Assembly: GCA_963793265.1 (NCBI GenBank)
Contig: CAWBZI010000001.1
Location: 1,664,001-1,728,000 of the forward strand
Origin: an uncultured cyanobacterium
Lineage (GTDB): Bacteria; Cyanobacteriota; Cyanobacteriia; Phormidesmidales; Phormidesmidaceae
Length of the DNA stretch: 64,000 nucleotides
Reading direction: 5' to 3'
The notes beneath the pieces are model-generated. The model did not search any database. It was not told where the DNA came from and saw only the letters and a program-made list of their open reading frames with translations. Made by a program: the position numbers and the translations under genes. Below, in pieces: positions 49,493 to 59,031 of the stretch. The stretch's first letter is position 1. Every line of letters starts with the position of its first letter.

Positions 49493-49654
49493 GGCTTTGC
49501 TTAGGGTGTTCGCCCTTGCAACAACATCTCACTCTAGAAAACAAAGCGACCGAAGGTAAATACTTAATACGGAGGAGTTCGCATTCGTTTACTCGCAGCT
49601 TCTGGCCCCTTAAAATGGACTGCCATCTTAAAATTCCTCCATTAAAGGACACCG

Positions 49655-50572
49655 TTGCCAGTGGCTCCAAACATAAGCCCCCAAAAGAGCCAAAAGAAGG
49701 GCACTAGAGCCCGTAAAAGATTCGGCCAGCACTGGCTACGCGACGATCAAATTCTCAACCGCATCGTCACCGCAGGCGAGCTGAGCGCCGCTGATCATGT
49801 GCTCGAAATCGGCCCTGGACAAGGCGCGCTGAGTCAGCGTTTACTCAACACCCAAGCCAAAGTTTTAGCAATCGAGATCGACCGAGATCTGTGCCTCCAG
49901 CTCAGCGAACAGTTCATTGCCTACATGGCCAGCGGTCAGTTTCGGCTGATCGAATCAGACTTTCTAAAGCTCAACTTTGATCAAGCGCTAACTGACTTTG
50001 AGCTAGATCGCCCTAACAAAGTCGTGGCGAATATTCCCTATTACATCACCGCCCCGATTTTAGAAAAGCTGCTTGGCACCATGAGTCGCCCTAATCCTTA
50101 CCCCTACGCCAATATCGTGCTGCTGGTACAAAAGGAGATTAGCGATCGCCTCTGCGCTGTTCCCGGCACCCGCGCCAACGGAGCCTTGACCATCCGCGCT
50201 CAATACCTGGCCGACTGCGAAGAGATCTGCGTCGTCCCCCCTACCGCGTTTAAGCCACCGCCAAAAGTAGAGTCCGCCGTCATCCGGCTAAAGCCCAGAG
50301 CGTTTCCCACCCCTGCGAAAAATCCTTCTCGCCTCACTCAGCTTGTCAAAGTTGGCTTTTCTCAAAAGCGAAAAATGCTGCGCAACAACCTGCAAGGCGT
50401 CGTCGATCGCGATCGGCTCAGCGGCATTCTAGAGCGCCTTGAGTTGAATCCTCAAATTCGCGCTGAAGGTTTGGGCGTTACCGACTGGGTAGCGCTCAGC
50501 GATGCCGTTGACGATGCTGTGGGTAATACCGTCAGCGATGCCGCTGATACCACAGCTCCTAACGAAATCTAG
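49655..50572 (+). CDS. rsmA: 16S rRNA dimethyltransferase
   Basis: RKRFGQHWL, LEIGPGQG, ANIPYYIT, FKPPPKVESA. Confidence 0.95.
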   Translation: MPVAPNISPQKSQKKGTRARKRFGQHWLRDDQILNRIVTAGELSAADHVLEIGPGQGALSQRLLNTQAKVLAIEIDRDLCLQLSEQFIAYMASGQFRLIESDFLKLNFDQALTDFELDRPNKVVANIPYYITAPILEKLLGTMSRPNPYPYANIVLLVQKEISDRLCAVPGTRANGALTIRAQYLADCEEICVVPPTAFKPPPKVESAVIRLKPRAFPTPAKNPSRLTQLVKVGFSQKRKMLRNNLQGVVDRDRLSGILERLELNPQIRAEGLGVTDWVALSDAVDDAVGNTVSDAADTTAPNEI

Positions 50573-50600
50573 TTCTATTGTTCAGTATTCTGCACCGCTC

Positions 50601-51557
50601 ATGCTCACACTTTCTGCAAATGCCAAAATCAATCTCTATCTCGAAATTATCGGCAGTCGGCCCGATGGTTTTCATGAGCTAGTGATGGTGATGCAGAGCG
50701 TTTTGCTGGCCGATCTGATTACGCTAAAGCCTTTGAACACACCGACGATTCAAATCGTGTGCGATCATCTGCAGGTGCCGACCGATTCTAAAAATTTGGC
50801 CTATCAGGCAGTCACGCTGCTGCAAAAGCGACTGCCGCATCGCACTAACCGGCACGGCGGCGTAGAAATTACGATTGAAAAAAAAATTCCAGTTGGCGCA
50901 GGGTTAGCGGGCGGTTCGGCTAATGCAGCAGCAACCCTGTTTGGGCTCAACGTGCTGTGGCAGCTAGGGCTTACTCGGATTGAATTGCAGGAGCTGGGTG
51001 CTGAGCTGGGGTCAGATATTCCGTTTTGTTTGGCGGGGGGGTGTGCGATCGCCACTGGACGCGGTGAAGAAATCGACCCAATCCCTAACCCTCCCAAACT
51101 CCATGTTGTACTCGCCAAATACAGCAGCCTTTCAGTCTCTACCCCCTGGGCCTACCAAACGTACCGACAGCAGTTTGAGGGCACTTACAAACCACTAGAT
51201 AAAGCGGCAGGTTTGGAAGAGCGGCGATCGCGCATTCACTCAGGCCCCATGGTAAGAGCCATTGCCGGTCACAACGCTCATGCCATCGGCACCTACTTGC
51301 ACAACGACCTGCAAAAAGTAGTACTGCCAGCGCATCCTAAAGTCGCTCAGCTTAAGGAAAAAATGCAGGCGATCGCCTCACAGCACGGCGGCTTGGGCAC
51401 GATGATGTCGGGCTCTGGCCCTACTGTATTTACACTCACCGAAACCGCCGACCAGGCTCAAACCATCCTGCAGGCGATACGCAACCAAATCAACGACCCT
51501 GATTTGCAGCTCTACGCAGCTCGGTTTTCGTCTCAAGGCATTTGTCACCAAAGCTGA
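50601..51557 (+). CDS. ispE: 4-diphosphocytidyl-2-C-methyl-D-erythritol kinase
   Basis: AKINLYL, KKIPVGAGLAGGS, LGSDIPF, MSGSGPT. Confidence 0.95.
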   Translation: MLTLSANAKINLYLEIIGSRPDGFHELVMVMQSVLLADLITLKPLNTPTIQIVCDHLQVPTDSKNLAYQAVTLLQKRLPHRTNRHGGVEITIEKKIPVGAGLAGGSANAAATLFGLNVLWQLGLTRIELQELGAELGSDIPFCLAGGCAIATGRGEEIDPIPNPPKLHVVLAKYSSLSVSTPWAYQTYRQQFEGTYKPLDKAAGLEERRSRIHSGPMVRAIAGHNAHAIGTYLHNDLQKVVLPAHPKVAQLKEKMQAIASQHGGLGTMMSGSGPTVFTLTETADQAQTILQAIRNQINDPDLQLYAARFSSQGICHQS

Positions 51558-51613
51558 GTTTCTCTAATCGCGCACATTTGCTATACTGACTATCTATATT
51601 CACTACGAACTTT

Positions 51614-51838
51614 ATGAAGCGCCTTCCCTTTGACAGCCAGCAAGTCATGCGTCGCACCGAAGATTTGATCAGTGCAGCTTCCAATCGCTACCGCATCACC
51701 GTCCAGGTGGCTAACCGCGCTCAGCGCCGTCGCTTTGAGGAATTTGACAGCCTAGACGAATCAAAGATGAAGCCTGTGCTACGCGCAATCGTCGAAATGT
51801 CTGATGAGCTGACTCAGCCTGAGATTATTGGCGAATAG
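51614..51838 (+). CDS. rpoZ: RNA polymerase omega subunit
   Basis: [34 protein letters not shown]. Confidence 0.93.
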   Translation: MKRLPFDSQQVMRRTEDLISAASNRYRITVQVANRAQRRRFEEFDSLDESKMKPVLRAIVEMSDELTQPEIIGE

Positions 51839-51941
51839 GCATCTTTTTAAAAAGAACTGACTTTAATAAGGTGAGGAGCGTTTGCATTCACAGCAGCACT
51901 CCTCACTTTTTTGTGTGGGTATAGCTTTTGCAGGTGATAGG

Positions 51942-52316
51942 ATGGCACGCCAGATAAGATCAGGGGAGGGCTGGCGGCTCGGGTGGAATCCTGAGGCTGA
52001 AGAATTCTGTGGCCTGGTTGGGGGCGATCGCTGGGCAATAGAGCTAACAATTGCTGAATTTACAGATTTCTGCCGGGTAGCAAGGCAGCTAGGCAACACA
52101 ATGTCAGCGATGGCAGAGCAGCTTATGGACGAAGAACGGCTGAGCTGCGAGCAGGAAACCGAAGCGATTTGGCTAGAGGCTGAAGGGTTCCCGGCAGCAT
52201 ACAGCCTCCGGTTTATGCTGCTGACTGGACGCCAGAGTGAGGGCGAATGGCTTCCTGAGGCTGCGAATGACCTGACGAACGCCCTATGTGAGCCGCCTTT
52301 TGACCAAATTTCATAG
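51942..52316 (+). CDS. DUF1818 family protein
   Basis: GEGWRLGWNP, GGDRWAIELT, LMDEE. Confidence 0.82.
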   Translation: MARQIRSGEGWRLGWNPEAEEFCGLVGGDRWAIELTIAEFTDFCRVARQLGNTMSAMAEQLMDEERLSCEQETEAIWLEAEGFPAAYSLRFMLLTGRQSEGEWLPEAANDLTNALCEPPFDQIS

Positions 52317-52435
52317 AAAAGACGCGCTCTGTTGGCAAAGTTTATAAATAAAACAAGTTTTGTTATTGTATTGAGCGACTAAGGGTTTAGATTGGGTTTG
52401 GACTAAAGCGCTATTCATTAGGAGCCGGGTGTGCA

Positions 52436-53698
52436 GTGAAAGTAAAAGTAGTAAGCGATACGCTGTTCAAGCTCAGCCCTAAGCTTTCCAGCCAGCTCTC
52501 CAATTCAGAAAAGGTTTTTGTTAAAAACGGCACCGAGTTTGAGGTCATTTCTTACACCGAGGCCGAGGGTAACCACACGCGGCTAGTGCTCGCTAACCAA
52601 ACCCTGGGCAACAATCAGCGAATTTGGTACGCCTATAATCCTGATATTCAAATCGAGTCATCCTCTGTCAAGCTCGTTGTCGTCAGTGACACTTTATTCA
52701 AGCAACTGCCTATCCTCTCTGCCGATCTACCCGAGTCCGGCAAGGTATTCGTCAAAAACGGCACCCAGTTTGACCTACAGTCCTATCTACCCGCAGCAGG
52801 CAACCACGTTAAAGTTGCGCTCGCCAATAAGTTCTTGGGCCCAAACAATCGCAACACCTGGTATGCCTACCAGCCCGACGTGCGAATCAGTGGCTCTACC
52901 GTCAAGCTCAAAGTGGTCAGCGACACGCTGTTTAAACAAAAACCTATTTTTTCCTACCAGCTCAGCCCCAGTGAAAAAGTGTTCGTCAAAAACGGCACCG
53001 AGTTTGAGCTAGTCAATAGTGAAAAAGCAGCCAGTAATCACGTTCGGATTTCGCTCGCTACCACAGGTCTGGGCGATCGCAACCTCAAAAACTGGTTCGC
53101 CTACGCCCCCGACATCATCATCGAAGGCAACACCCCCGACAACCGCCCCGACGCTAACTCCACCGACACCCCCCAGCCCGTCCCCGATCCAGAACCCGTC
53201 CGTCCTCCCTCTCCCCCCACACCCCCACGCCCCACACCACCTACACCTCCACAAACCAACCGCCCCACCGGCCCCTTCCGCCTTCCTGGGTTCCGCAGCA
53301 CCTTCTACCTCTCAGAGCCCATCATCCCCGGCGGCAACTTCACCTGGGCCGAAGCCACCAAAAGCGGTAGCCGCATTCCGGTTAGTCGCAACGTTGCCTA
53401 TGGCATCATCCGCATCGCGCGCGTGATGGAAGAAGTGCGGGCTCGGTTAGGCGATCGCCCCATCCGCGTCAACTCCTGGTATCGCGACCCGGTAAGCAAC
53501 CGCGCTGTCGGCGGCGCAATCTACTCCCGCCACCTCTCAGGCGACGCCATCGATTTCGTCGTCATCGGCCTACATGCCTACACCGTTTACGACCGGCTCA
53601 ATAGCTGGTGGGGCTCTCGCGGCGGCCTGGCCAGCTCCTCAATCTTCACTCACATCGATTCTCGTGGTTACTACGCCCGCTGGTCATATGGCTACTAG
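52436..53698 (+). CDS. peptidase M15A (Zn D-Ala-D-Ala type) with three N-terminal repeats and Pro-rich linker
   Basis: NFTWAEAT, VNSWYRDP..NRAVGG, SRHLSGDAID, FTHID. Confidence 0.88.
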   Translation: MKVKVVSDTLFKLSPKLSSQLSNSEKVFVKNGTEFEVISYTEAEGNHTRLVLANQTLGNNQRIWYAYNPDIQIESSSVKLVVVSDTLFKQLPILSADLPESGKVFVKNGTQFDLQSYLPAAGNHVKVALANKFLGPNNRNTWYAYQPDVRISGSTVKLKVVSDTLFKQKPIFSYQLSPSEKVFVKNGTEFELVNSEKAASNHVRISLATTGLGDRNLKNWFAYAPDIIIEGNTPDNRPDANSTDTPQPVPDPEPVRPPSPPTPPRPTPPTPPQTNRPTGPFRLPGFRSTFYLSEPIIPGGNFTWAEATKSGSRIPVSRNVAYGIIRIARVMEEVRARLGDRPIRVNSWYRDPVSNRAVGGAIYSRHLSGDAIDFVVIGLHAYTVYDRLNSWWGSRGGLASSSIFTHIDSRGYYARWSYGY

Positions 53699-53844
53699 AG
53701 AAAGCAATGTTGTAGAAGCCACTCACAGAAGGCATCTAATAGTTAATCAGCTTATGCTATTCAAAGTTAAAGCGAAAGTAATGGATGCTTACTTTCTTAC
53801 GAAGTATTACTAATTCACGGCTTCTAGAGCCTAGAAGGTCTGCA

Positions 53845-54063
53845 ATGCTAGCCAAACTAACCTCAAAAAACCAGCTTACTCTGCCAAAAAGTATTACTCG
53901 TGCAGTTGAAGAAACTGAATACTTCGAGGTAGAAGCCCAAGAAGGAAGAATTATTTTAACGCCCGTACGAATTCAAAAAGCCGATGCTGTGCGCTCCAAG
54001 CTAGCTGAGTTAGGTATCAGTCAACAGGATGTAGCAGACGCCGCGAATTAGGCTCGCAAGTAG
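53845..54063 (+). pseudogene. AbrB/MazE family antitoxin with premature stop (TAG 54049-54051)
   Basis: MLAKLTSKNQLTLPK..GRIILTP..DAAN*ARK*; second stop overlaps toxin GTG; truncated protein may still function. Confidence 0.75.
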
Positions 54064-54137
54064 TGACAGCATCTCTCCCAATTCGGGCAGTGATCGATAC
54101 AAACATTGTTGTCTCTGCACTCATATTCGGAGGCTAA
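54063..54137 (+). pseudogene. PIN family toxin, N-terminal fragment
   Basis: VTASLPIRAVIDTNIVVSALIFGG* (PIN DTN motif), then stop and loss of homology. Confidence 0.8.
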
Positions 54138-54165
54138 CTGTCACAAGTGCGTTTTCGACTGAATA

Positions 54166-54278
54166 GTCCTGAGGACAGATTAAAACTATGAAATAGTATA
54201 TCTGCGCTTGTTTGTTTCCTGAAACGGAGCAAGGTTGTGTGGTATACATACATAACCTCCTGAGGATTGTCCAGAGGA
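54166..54278. promoter_or_regulatory. TCCTNAGGA palindromic boxes upstream of HTH-like gene
   Basis: GTCCTGAGGAC 54166-54176; TCCTGAGGA 54258-54266; TCCAGAGGA 54270-54278 (12-bp period). Confidence 0.6.
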
Positions 54279-54284
54279 TAAGGA

Positions 54285-54863
54285 ATGAGTGGTGGAAACG
54301 TCGATCGCATTCCAGTTAACCAGCTGAGCGATCGCTACAATCTTGCCAGAAGTGCTGTGTACAAACGCATGGCCGACTTGGGCATTGAGCGAGAGAAAAT
54401 TGGTAACCGGGCCTACGTTAGCGGCCCGCAGGTAAAGCTGCTAGACGAGCTGCACGAATTTATTCAAATCGGTGGCAATGTCGCTGAGTTTATTGTCCGT
54501 AAAGGGCTAGACGTTAGTGGCTCTCAAGATAGCAATACTGGTACCGATCAGAACTCAGGACAGTCCGCTGGGCTAGCGCTGAATCAGGCCGATATGGTGA
54601 AGCTGGTGAGTGCGATCGCTGCTGAAATGGCCGCTCAAATCCGCCCTGCCGCCCCAACCAATCCGCTCGCCTACTACGATTTTTTGGAGAACGCAGCTAA
54701 AAACGGCTGGAAACTTAGAACCGCCGAACTCGCTGAACTGTTAAAGCTCAGCCCCACTGAAATCAATCAATACGGCCAAACCTTCTACGAAGCAGGATTT
54801 ACTTTCAATCGCTCCGGCTATCGATCTGGCGGAGAAGCTGCTTGGGTCGTTTCAAAACAGTGA
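54285..54863 (+). CDS. uncharacterised putative winged-HTH DNA-binding protein
   Basis: N-terminal VNQLSDRYNLARSAVYKRMADLGI + wing-like KIGNRAYVS; second HTH-like LRTAELAELLKLSP; TAAGGA RBS. Confidence 0.7.
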   Translation: MSGGNVDRIPVNQLSDRYNLARSAVYKRMADLGIEREKIGNRAYVSGPQVKLLDELHEFIQIGGNVAEFIVRKGLDVSGSQDSNTGTDQNSGQSAGLALNQADMVKLVSAIAAEMAAQIRPAAPTNPLAYYDFLENAAKNGWKLRTAELAELLKLSPTEINQYGQTFYEAGFTFNRSGYRSGGEAAWVVSKQ

Positions 54864-54865
54864 TG

Positions 54866-55212
54866 CTAACGTTTAGGAAGCGCTTGAACCCATAGAAAGT
54901 CCTCCTCTGATACGGGTGGCTGTGGTTGACTGTTAAGGAGTCGGTATAGTAACTCTTTCCGGTCTAGTAGGAACCGCTACCGCTGATGAACGAACGCCTT
55001 TCTGTTGAGTTTGCTTTTGCACATACACATCTGGAATACAGACAAGCAAAGTATCGACATATACCCTAGTCTCTACTGCCGCTCTGTATTTAGGCACTAT
55101 CTGCGGATTAATCGTTCTAGCTATCTCTGAAGTCAACGCATGATGAATTTCCGGCCAGCGATAAGGGCTTTCGAGGTAAGGACTCATTCTTTGTAAATAG
55201 AGGTATCGTCAT
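54866..55212 (-). pseudogene. DUF4058 family protein, frameshifted and internally deleted
   Basis: MSPYLE..WPEIHH..PKYRAAVETRVY..IPDV, then C-terminal SQPQPPVSEEDFLWVQAL in another frame. Confidence 0.75.
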
Positions 55213-55697
55213 AGCTCTGCTGGCGCAACTATGGCCGTTATAGAATCACACAAAGCTTCTTCAATACGCAGCGAAATGCTCACTTGCTATAGATAGGCAT
55301 GGATTAAGATAGAATATAGGTACTAGCATGAAAAAAGCTGACGTTCCCGCCAGCTTAGGTATCTATTTAGTATGTATTGAGCCGTTTGATATCAACGGAT
55401 TGCCGTCTGCTGATATCTTCATTGATAAGTGAGTAGTCCAAGGACTTACAGTCCCAAAAGGCTACCGTTCTATTGATGTTGGTGGCATTAGCAGTGGTGT
55501 CGGTGATATTGGCAGTGATGTTGATATTAGCACTGGCACCACTTTGCTGTTTAAACCAGTCGGAGACTAGCAAATTAGCCAAAGCAGTGGACTTTCAGTC
55601 ATTCTGGCACTTGTACGCCAGCGGAGGCTTTACCTACCAGTGGAAGCCGTTCCTCCTAAACCCTCAAGTCTTTCTCTCTGGTCAATAGCATAGCATG

Positions 55698-55805
55698 TCC
55701 TAAGGATAGTCCGCCAATATGTCCTGCAAATATTCCTTAGGACTGTACTGAGGAATATCCTGTTTGATGATTAAGTACTGTTCCTCAGGACTGTACTTGG
55801 TATCA
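55698..55805. repeat. degenerate 12-bp-period tandem array of TCCTNAGGA-NNN units
   Basis: Units at 55698, 55710, 55722, 55734, 55746, 55758, 55782, 55794; perfect palindromes at 55698, 55734, 55782. Confidence 0.75.
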
Positions 55806-55881
55806 CTACTGATTTTCTTTGGGCGATCGCTCAACAACTGTCCAAACGTTATGCTATTGTCTATAAGCAAATTAAACGCTT

Positions 55882-55955
55882 CGGGGCGTAGCGCAGCTTG
55901 GTAGCGCACTACTTTGGGGTAGTAGGGGTCGTGGGTTCAAATCCCGCCGCTCCGA
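55882..55955 (+). tRNA. trnP: tRNA-Pro (GGG)
   Basis: CGGGGCG acceptor stem, anticodon arm CTACT-TTGGGGT-AGTAG, T arm GTGGGTTCAAATCCCGC; CCA not encoded. Confidence 0.97.
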
Positions 55956-55979
55956 TATTGCATTAGTTTGCAGATCATG

Positions 55980-56012
55980 AAACGGACACTTCTGTATGAG
56001 GTGTCCGTTTTT
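55980..56012 (+). terminator. intrinsic terminator after tRNA-Pro
   Basis: AAACGGACAC / GTGTCCGTTT + TT. Confidence 0.75.
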
Positions 56013-56113
56013 GATTTAGAGGCTCGTTGAGCTGGTTTGCTTTATCTATAGCAGTATCAACTAGCCACAACCTCCTATGGCACAATGGTTAAACCCTTAA
56101 GTTAAGCAAACCT

Positions 56114-57196
56114 GTGAGTACTCTCAAGCCCCCTGTCCGCCGAGCCGTTTTTCCCTTCACTGCGGTGATCGGCCAAGAAGACATGAAGTTAGCGCTAATC
56201 TTAAACGTGATCGATCCAAAGATTGGTGGCGTGATGATTATGGGCGATCGTGGCACAGGTAAATCCACTACCATCCGAGCCCTAGCCGATCTGTTGCCCG
56301 AAATTGAAGTCACTGCTGACGATCCGTTTAACCGCGCGCCGAACAATCCTGACGTGATTGCAGAACGTGAGGGGCAAGATGTCCCTGTAGCTGCTAAAAA
56401 GGTGCCAATGGTTGATTTGCCCTTGGGCGCGACTGAAGATCGCGTGTGCGGCACGATTGATATTGAAAAGGCACTGGCTGAAGGCGTGAAAGCGTTTGAG
56501 CCGGGGCTACTGGCAAAGGCTAATCGCGGGCTGCTATATGTAGACGAAGTTAATTTGCTAGACGATCACCTTGTTGATGTACTGCTCGATTCGGCGGCGT
56601 CTGGTTGGAATACCGTAGAGCGAGAAGGCATTTCGATTCGTCATCCCGCTCAGTTTGTATTGATTGGTTCAGGTAACCCTGAAGAGGGTGAGCTACGCCC
56701 TCAGCTATTAGATCGTTTTGGAATGCACGCAGAGATTCGCACCGTTCGAGATCCTGAAATGCGCGTGCAAATTGTGGAGCAGCGCACCGAGTTTGATCAA
56801 AATCCTGAGGACTTTACGGCGAAGTGTCAAGGCGATCAAAACGCGCTTCAGCAGAAGATTATTGAGGCTCAAAATCGCCTGCGTGAGGTGTCGCTTGATC
56901 ACGATCTGCGGGTGAAAATCTCTGAAGTTTGCTCCGAGCTAGATGTGGACGGGCTGCGAGGCGACATCGTGACAAATCGGGCGGCAAAAGCATTAGCGGC
57001 TTACGAAGGACGCACGGAAGTGACGCTTGAGGATATTCAAAAGGTGATTGCGCTATGTCTGCGTCACCGCCTGAGAAAAGATCCTTTGGAGTCGATTGAT
57101 TCGGGCTTTAAGGTTGAAAAGACGTTTAGTAAAACCTTTGGCGTAGCTGAGCCTACGATGTCAGCGAATGGTCGTCAGCCTGCTGGTGTGAGATAG
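56114..57196 (+). CDS. chlI: magnesium chelatase ATPase subunit I
   Basis: [54 protein letters not shown]. Confidence 0.97.
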   Translation: MSTLKPPVRRAVFPFTAVIGQEDMKLALILNVIDPKIGGVMIMGDRGTGKSTTIRALADLLPEIEVTADDPFNRAPNNPDVIAEREGQDVPVAAKKVPMVDLPLGATEDRVCGTIDIEKALAEGVKAFEPGLLAKANRGLLYVDEVNLLDDHLVDVLLDSAASGWNTVEREGISIRHPAQFVLIGSGNPEEGELRPQLLDRFGMHAEIRTVRDPEMRVQIVEQRTEFDQNPEDFTAKCQGDQNALQQKIIEAQNRLREVSLDHDLRVKISEVCSELDVDGLRGDIVTNRAAKALAAYEGRTEVTLEDIQKVIALCLRHRLRKDPLESIDSGFKVEKTFSKTFGVAEPTMSANGRQPAGVR

Positions 57197-57197
57197 C

Positions 57198-57746
57198 GTG
57201 CGCAACCTCGATGCAGATCCTAATACAGCCGAGCTGGATTCGAGCAAACGGACTAAGCGTATTTTAGGGCTCGATCCAGGGCTGGCGATTTTGGGGTTTG
57301 GCGTGATTGAATACGATCCGGCAGATATGCGATCGCTCTCCCCCACTATCGAAACCATCGACTACGGCGTGGTGCAAACCCCGGCCCGCACAGACACGGG
57401 TAAACGGCTATGCACTATCTACGATGACCTGCATAGCGTCATAGATGAGTACAAGCCTGATTTGGTATCGATTGAAAAGCTCTTCTTTTATAAGATGGGC
57501 AACACCATCTTGGTTGCTCAGGCTCGCGGCGTAGTGATGCTGGTGCTGGCTCAGCGAGAGCTACCGTTCGTTGAGTTCACGCCTGCCCAAATTAAGCAGT
57601 CAATTACAGGACACGGCAATGCTGACAAAGCCGATGTGCAAGATGCGATTACTCGTGAGCTGAAGCTAGAGAGTATTCCTAAGCCGGATGACGCTGCCGA
57701 TGGTTTGGCCGTAGCGCTCACGGCCTGGTTCCGTATGGAGGAATAA
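57198..57746 (+). CDS. ruvC: crossover junction endodeoxyribonuclease
   Basis: [32 protein letters not shown]. Confidence 0.95.
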   Translation: MRNLDADPNTAELDSSKRTKRILGLDPGLAILGFGVIEYDPADMRSLSPTIETIDYGVVQTPARTDTGKRLCTIYDDLHSVIDEYKPDLVSIEKLFFYKMGNTILVAQARGVVMLVLAQRELPFVEFTPAQIKQSITGHGNADKADVQDAITRELKLESIPKPDDAADGLAVALTAWFRMEE

Positions 57747-57752
57747 AGGAGA

Positions 57753-58244
57753 ATGATGACGCCGACGTTTGTATCGCCTTTAGCCAGAGCCCAGGTAGAG
57801 CAGCTTATGCAGCCTGCTTTAATTCGGGTGATTGACAATATTCGTAAGCAGCTAGATAGCGAAGACTGGCGTGGTGATTATGAGGAGGAGCTGATTTGGC
57901 CCGAGGGCACGACCGCAGATCAGCAGCAGGAATATGCGACGCTGCAAAAGGGGTTGCATGGGGTGCCGCCCGAAGAACATGACCGGGTAGCGGCATTAAT
58001 TGCTGAGCTGCCTCAACCTTCTCCGCTCTATACGTTGCGGCTGACTAAGGCGGATAGCCCTGATCAAACGGTGGATATTTGGGCGTTTTGCTATCGGGTC
58101 TGTGCCAGTAGAGAGGTTCGAGAAGGTGAGGTGATCGCAGCAGACACCACACTATTCGATGAGTACGGCGAAGTCGATTGGCGATCGCTAGACGACAAAA
58201 CGAGAACCTTAGTAGAAGGCATATTTGAGGCTTTACCGTCTTAG
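57753..58244 (+). CDS. conserved cyanobacterial hypothetical protein
   Basis: LMQPALIRVIDNIRKQL..W.G.Y, DIW.FCY.VC, VDW..LDDK; AAGGAG RBS. Confidence 0.75.
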   Translation: MMTPTFVSPLARAQVEQLMQPALIRVIDNIRKQLDSEDWRGDYEEELIWPEGTTADQQQEYATLQKGLHGVPPEEHDRVAALIAELPQPSPLYTLRLTKADSPDQTVDIWAFCYRVCASREVREGEVIAADTTLFDEYGEVDWRSLDDKTRTLVEGIFEALPS

Positions 58245-58368
58245 CGCTCAATCTATTAGGTGATTTCTCTCTATTAATAGGAATGGATGCGCCTATCTAT
58301 TTAATAGATGTGCTTTGAAACGGCTATATGGTTATTTGGAGATAACGCTATCGAGGTTGAGACGGGCT

Positions 58369-59031
58369 ATGCAACTGATTGGAATGCTGGATTCTCCTTA
58401 TGTAAGACGAGTTGCGATCGCTCTCAACACCAAAAACGTCCCTTTCGAGCACAGCTTCCTTTCTGTTTTTCGCGATATCGAAGCATTCAGTCAAATCAAT
58501 CCGCTAATTAAAGCGCCTACGCTGGTGTGTGATGACGGCGAAGTACTGATGGACTCAACGCTGATCTTGGCCTATCTCGACCGGCTATCTATAGAAAAGA
58601 CGGGCGCTGATATGGGGCTGATGCCTCAGGCTATAAACGACTATCAGAAGGCGCTGCGCATCATCGGACTGGCGTTTAATGCCTGTGACAAAAGCGTGCA
58701 AATTTTGTACGAACGCGATCTGCGCCCTGCTGAGAAGCAGCATCAGCCCTGGCAAGATCGGATTCAGTCTCAGCTAGCGGCTGCCTATAATTTGCTAGAA
58801 CCCTACGCCGCTGAAACATCGAATTGGCTCATTGGCGATACGTTGACTCAGGCAGATATCACCGTTTGCGTAGCCTGGCAGTTTACTCAGCTCGTCGTGC
58901 CCGATGTAATCGGCAGCCAAAGCTATCCTGCACTGTCTGCGCTTTCACAGCGCGCTGAAGCTTTGCCCGCCTTTAAGGCCGCTCCCCTTGAGCAGGGCTG
59001 GCAACCGAAAGGCAATAACCATGAAAATTGA
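58369..59031 (+). CDS. glutathione S-transferase family protein
   Basis: MQLIGMLDSPYVRRV, INPLIKAPTL, MDSTLI, TQADIT. Confidence 0.92.
   Translation: MQLIGMLDSPYVRRVAIALNTKNVPFEHSFLSVFRDIEAFSQINPLIKAPTLVCDDGEVLMDSTLILAYLDRLSIEKTGADMGLMPQAINDYQKALRIIGLAFNACDKSVQILYERDLRPAEKQHQPWQDRIQSQLAAAYNLLEPYAAETSNWLIGDTLTQADITVCVAWQFTQLVVPDVIGSQSYPALSALSQRAEALPAFKAAPLEQGWQPKGNNHEN

Noticed and set aside
53009..53426. G/P-rich alternative-frame ORFs
   Set aside because: Artefacts of the C-rich Pro/Thr linker of the M15A gene
55700..55909. 69-aa minus-strand ORF
   Set aside because: Starts antisense within tRNA-Pro; its periodicity reflects the 12-bp DNA array
52436..56012. Prophage or integrative element at tRNA-Pro
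   Set aside because: No integrase, structural genes or att duplication; the region lies 5' of the tRNA
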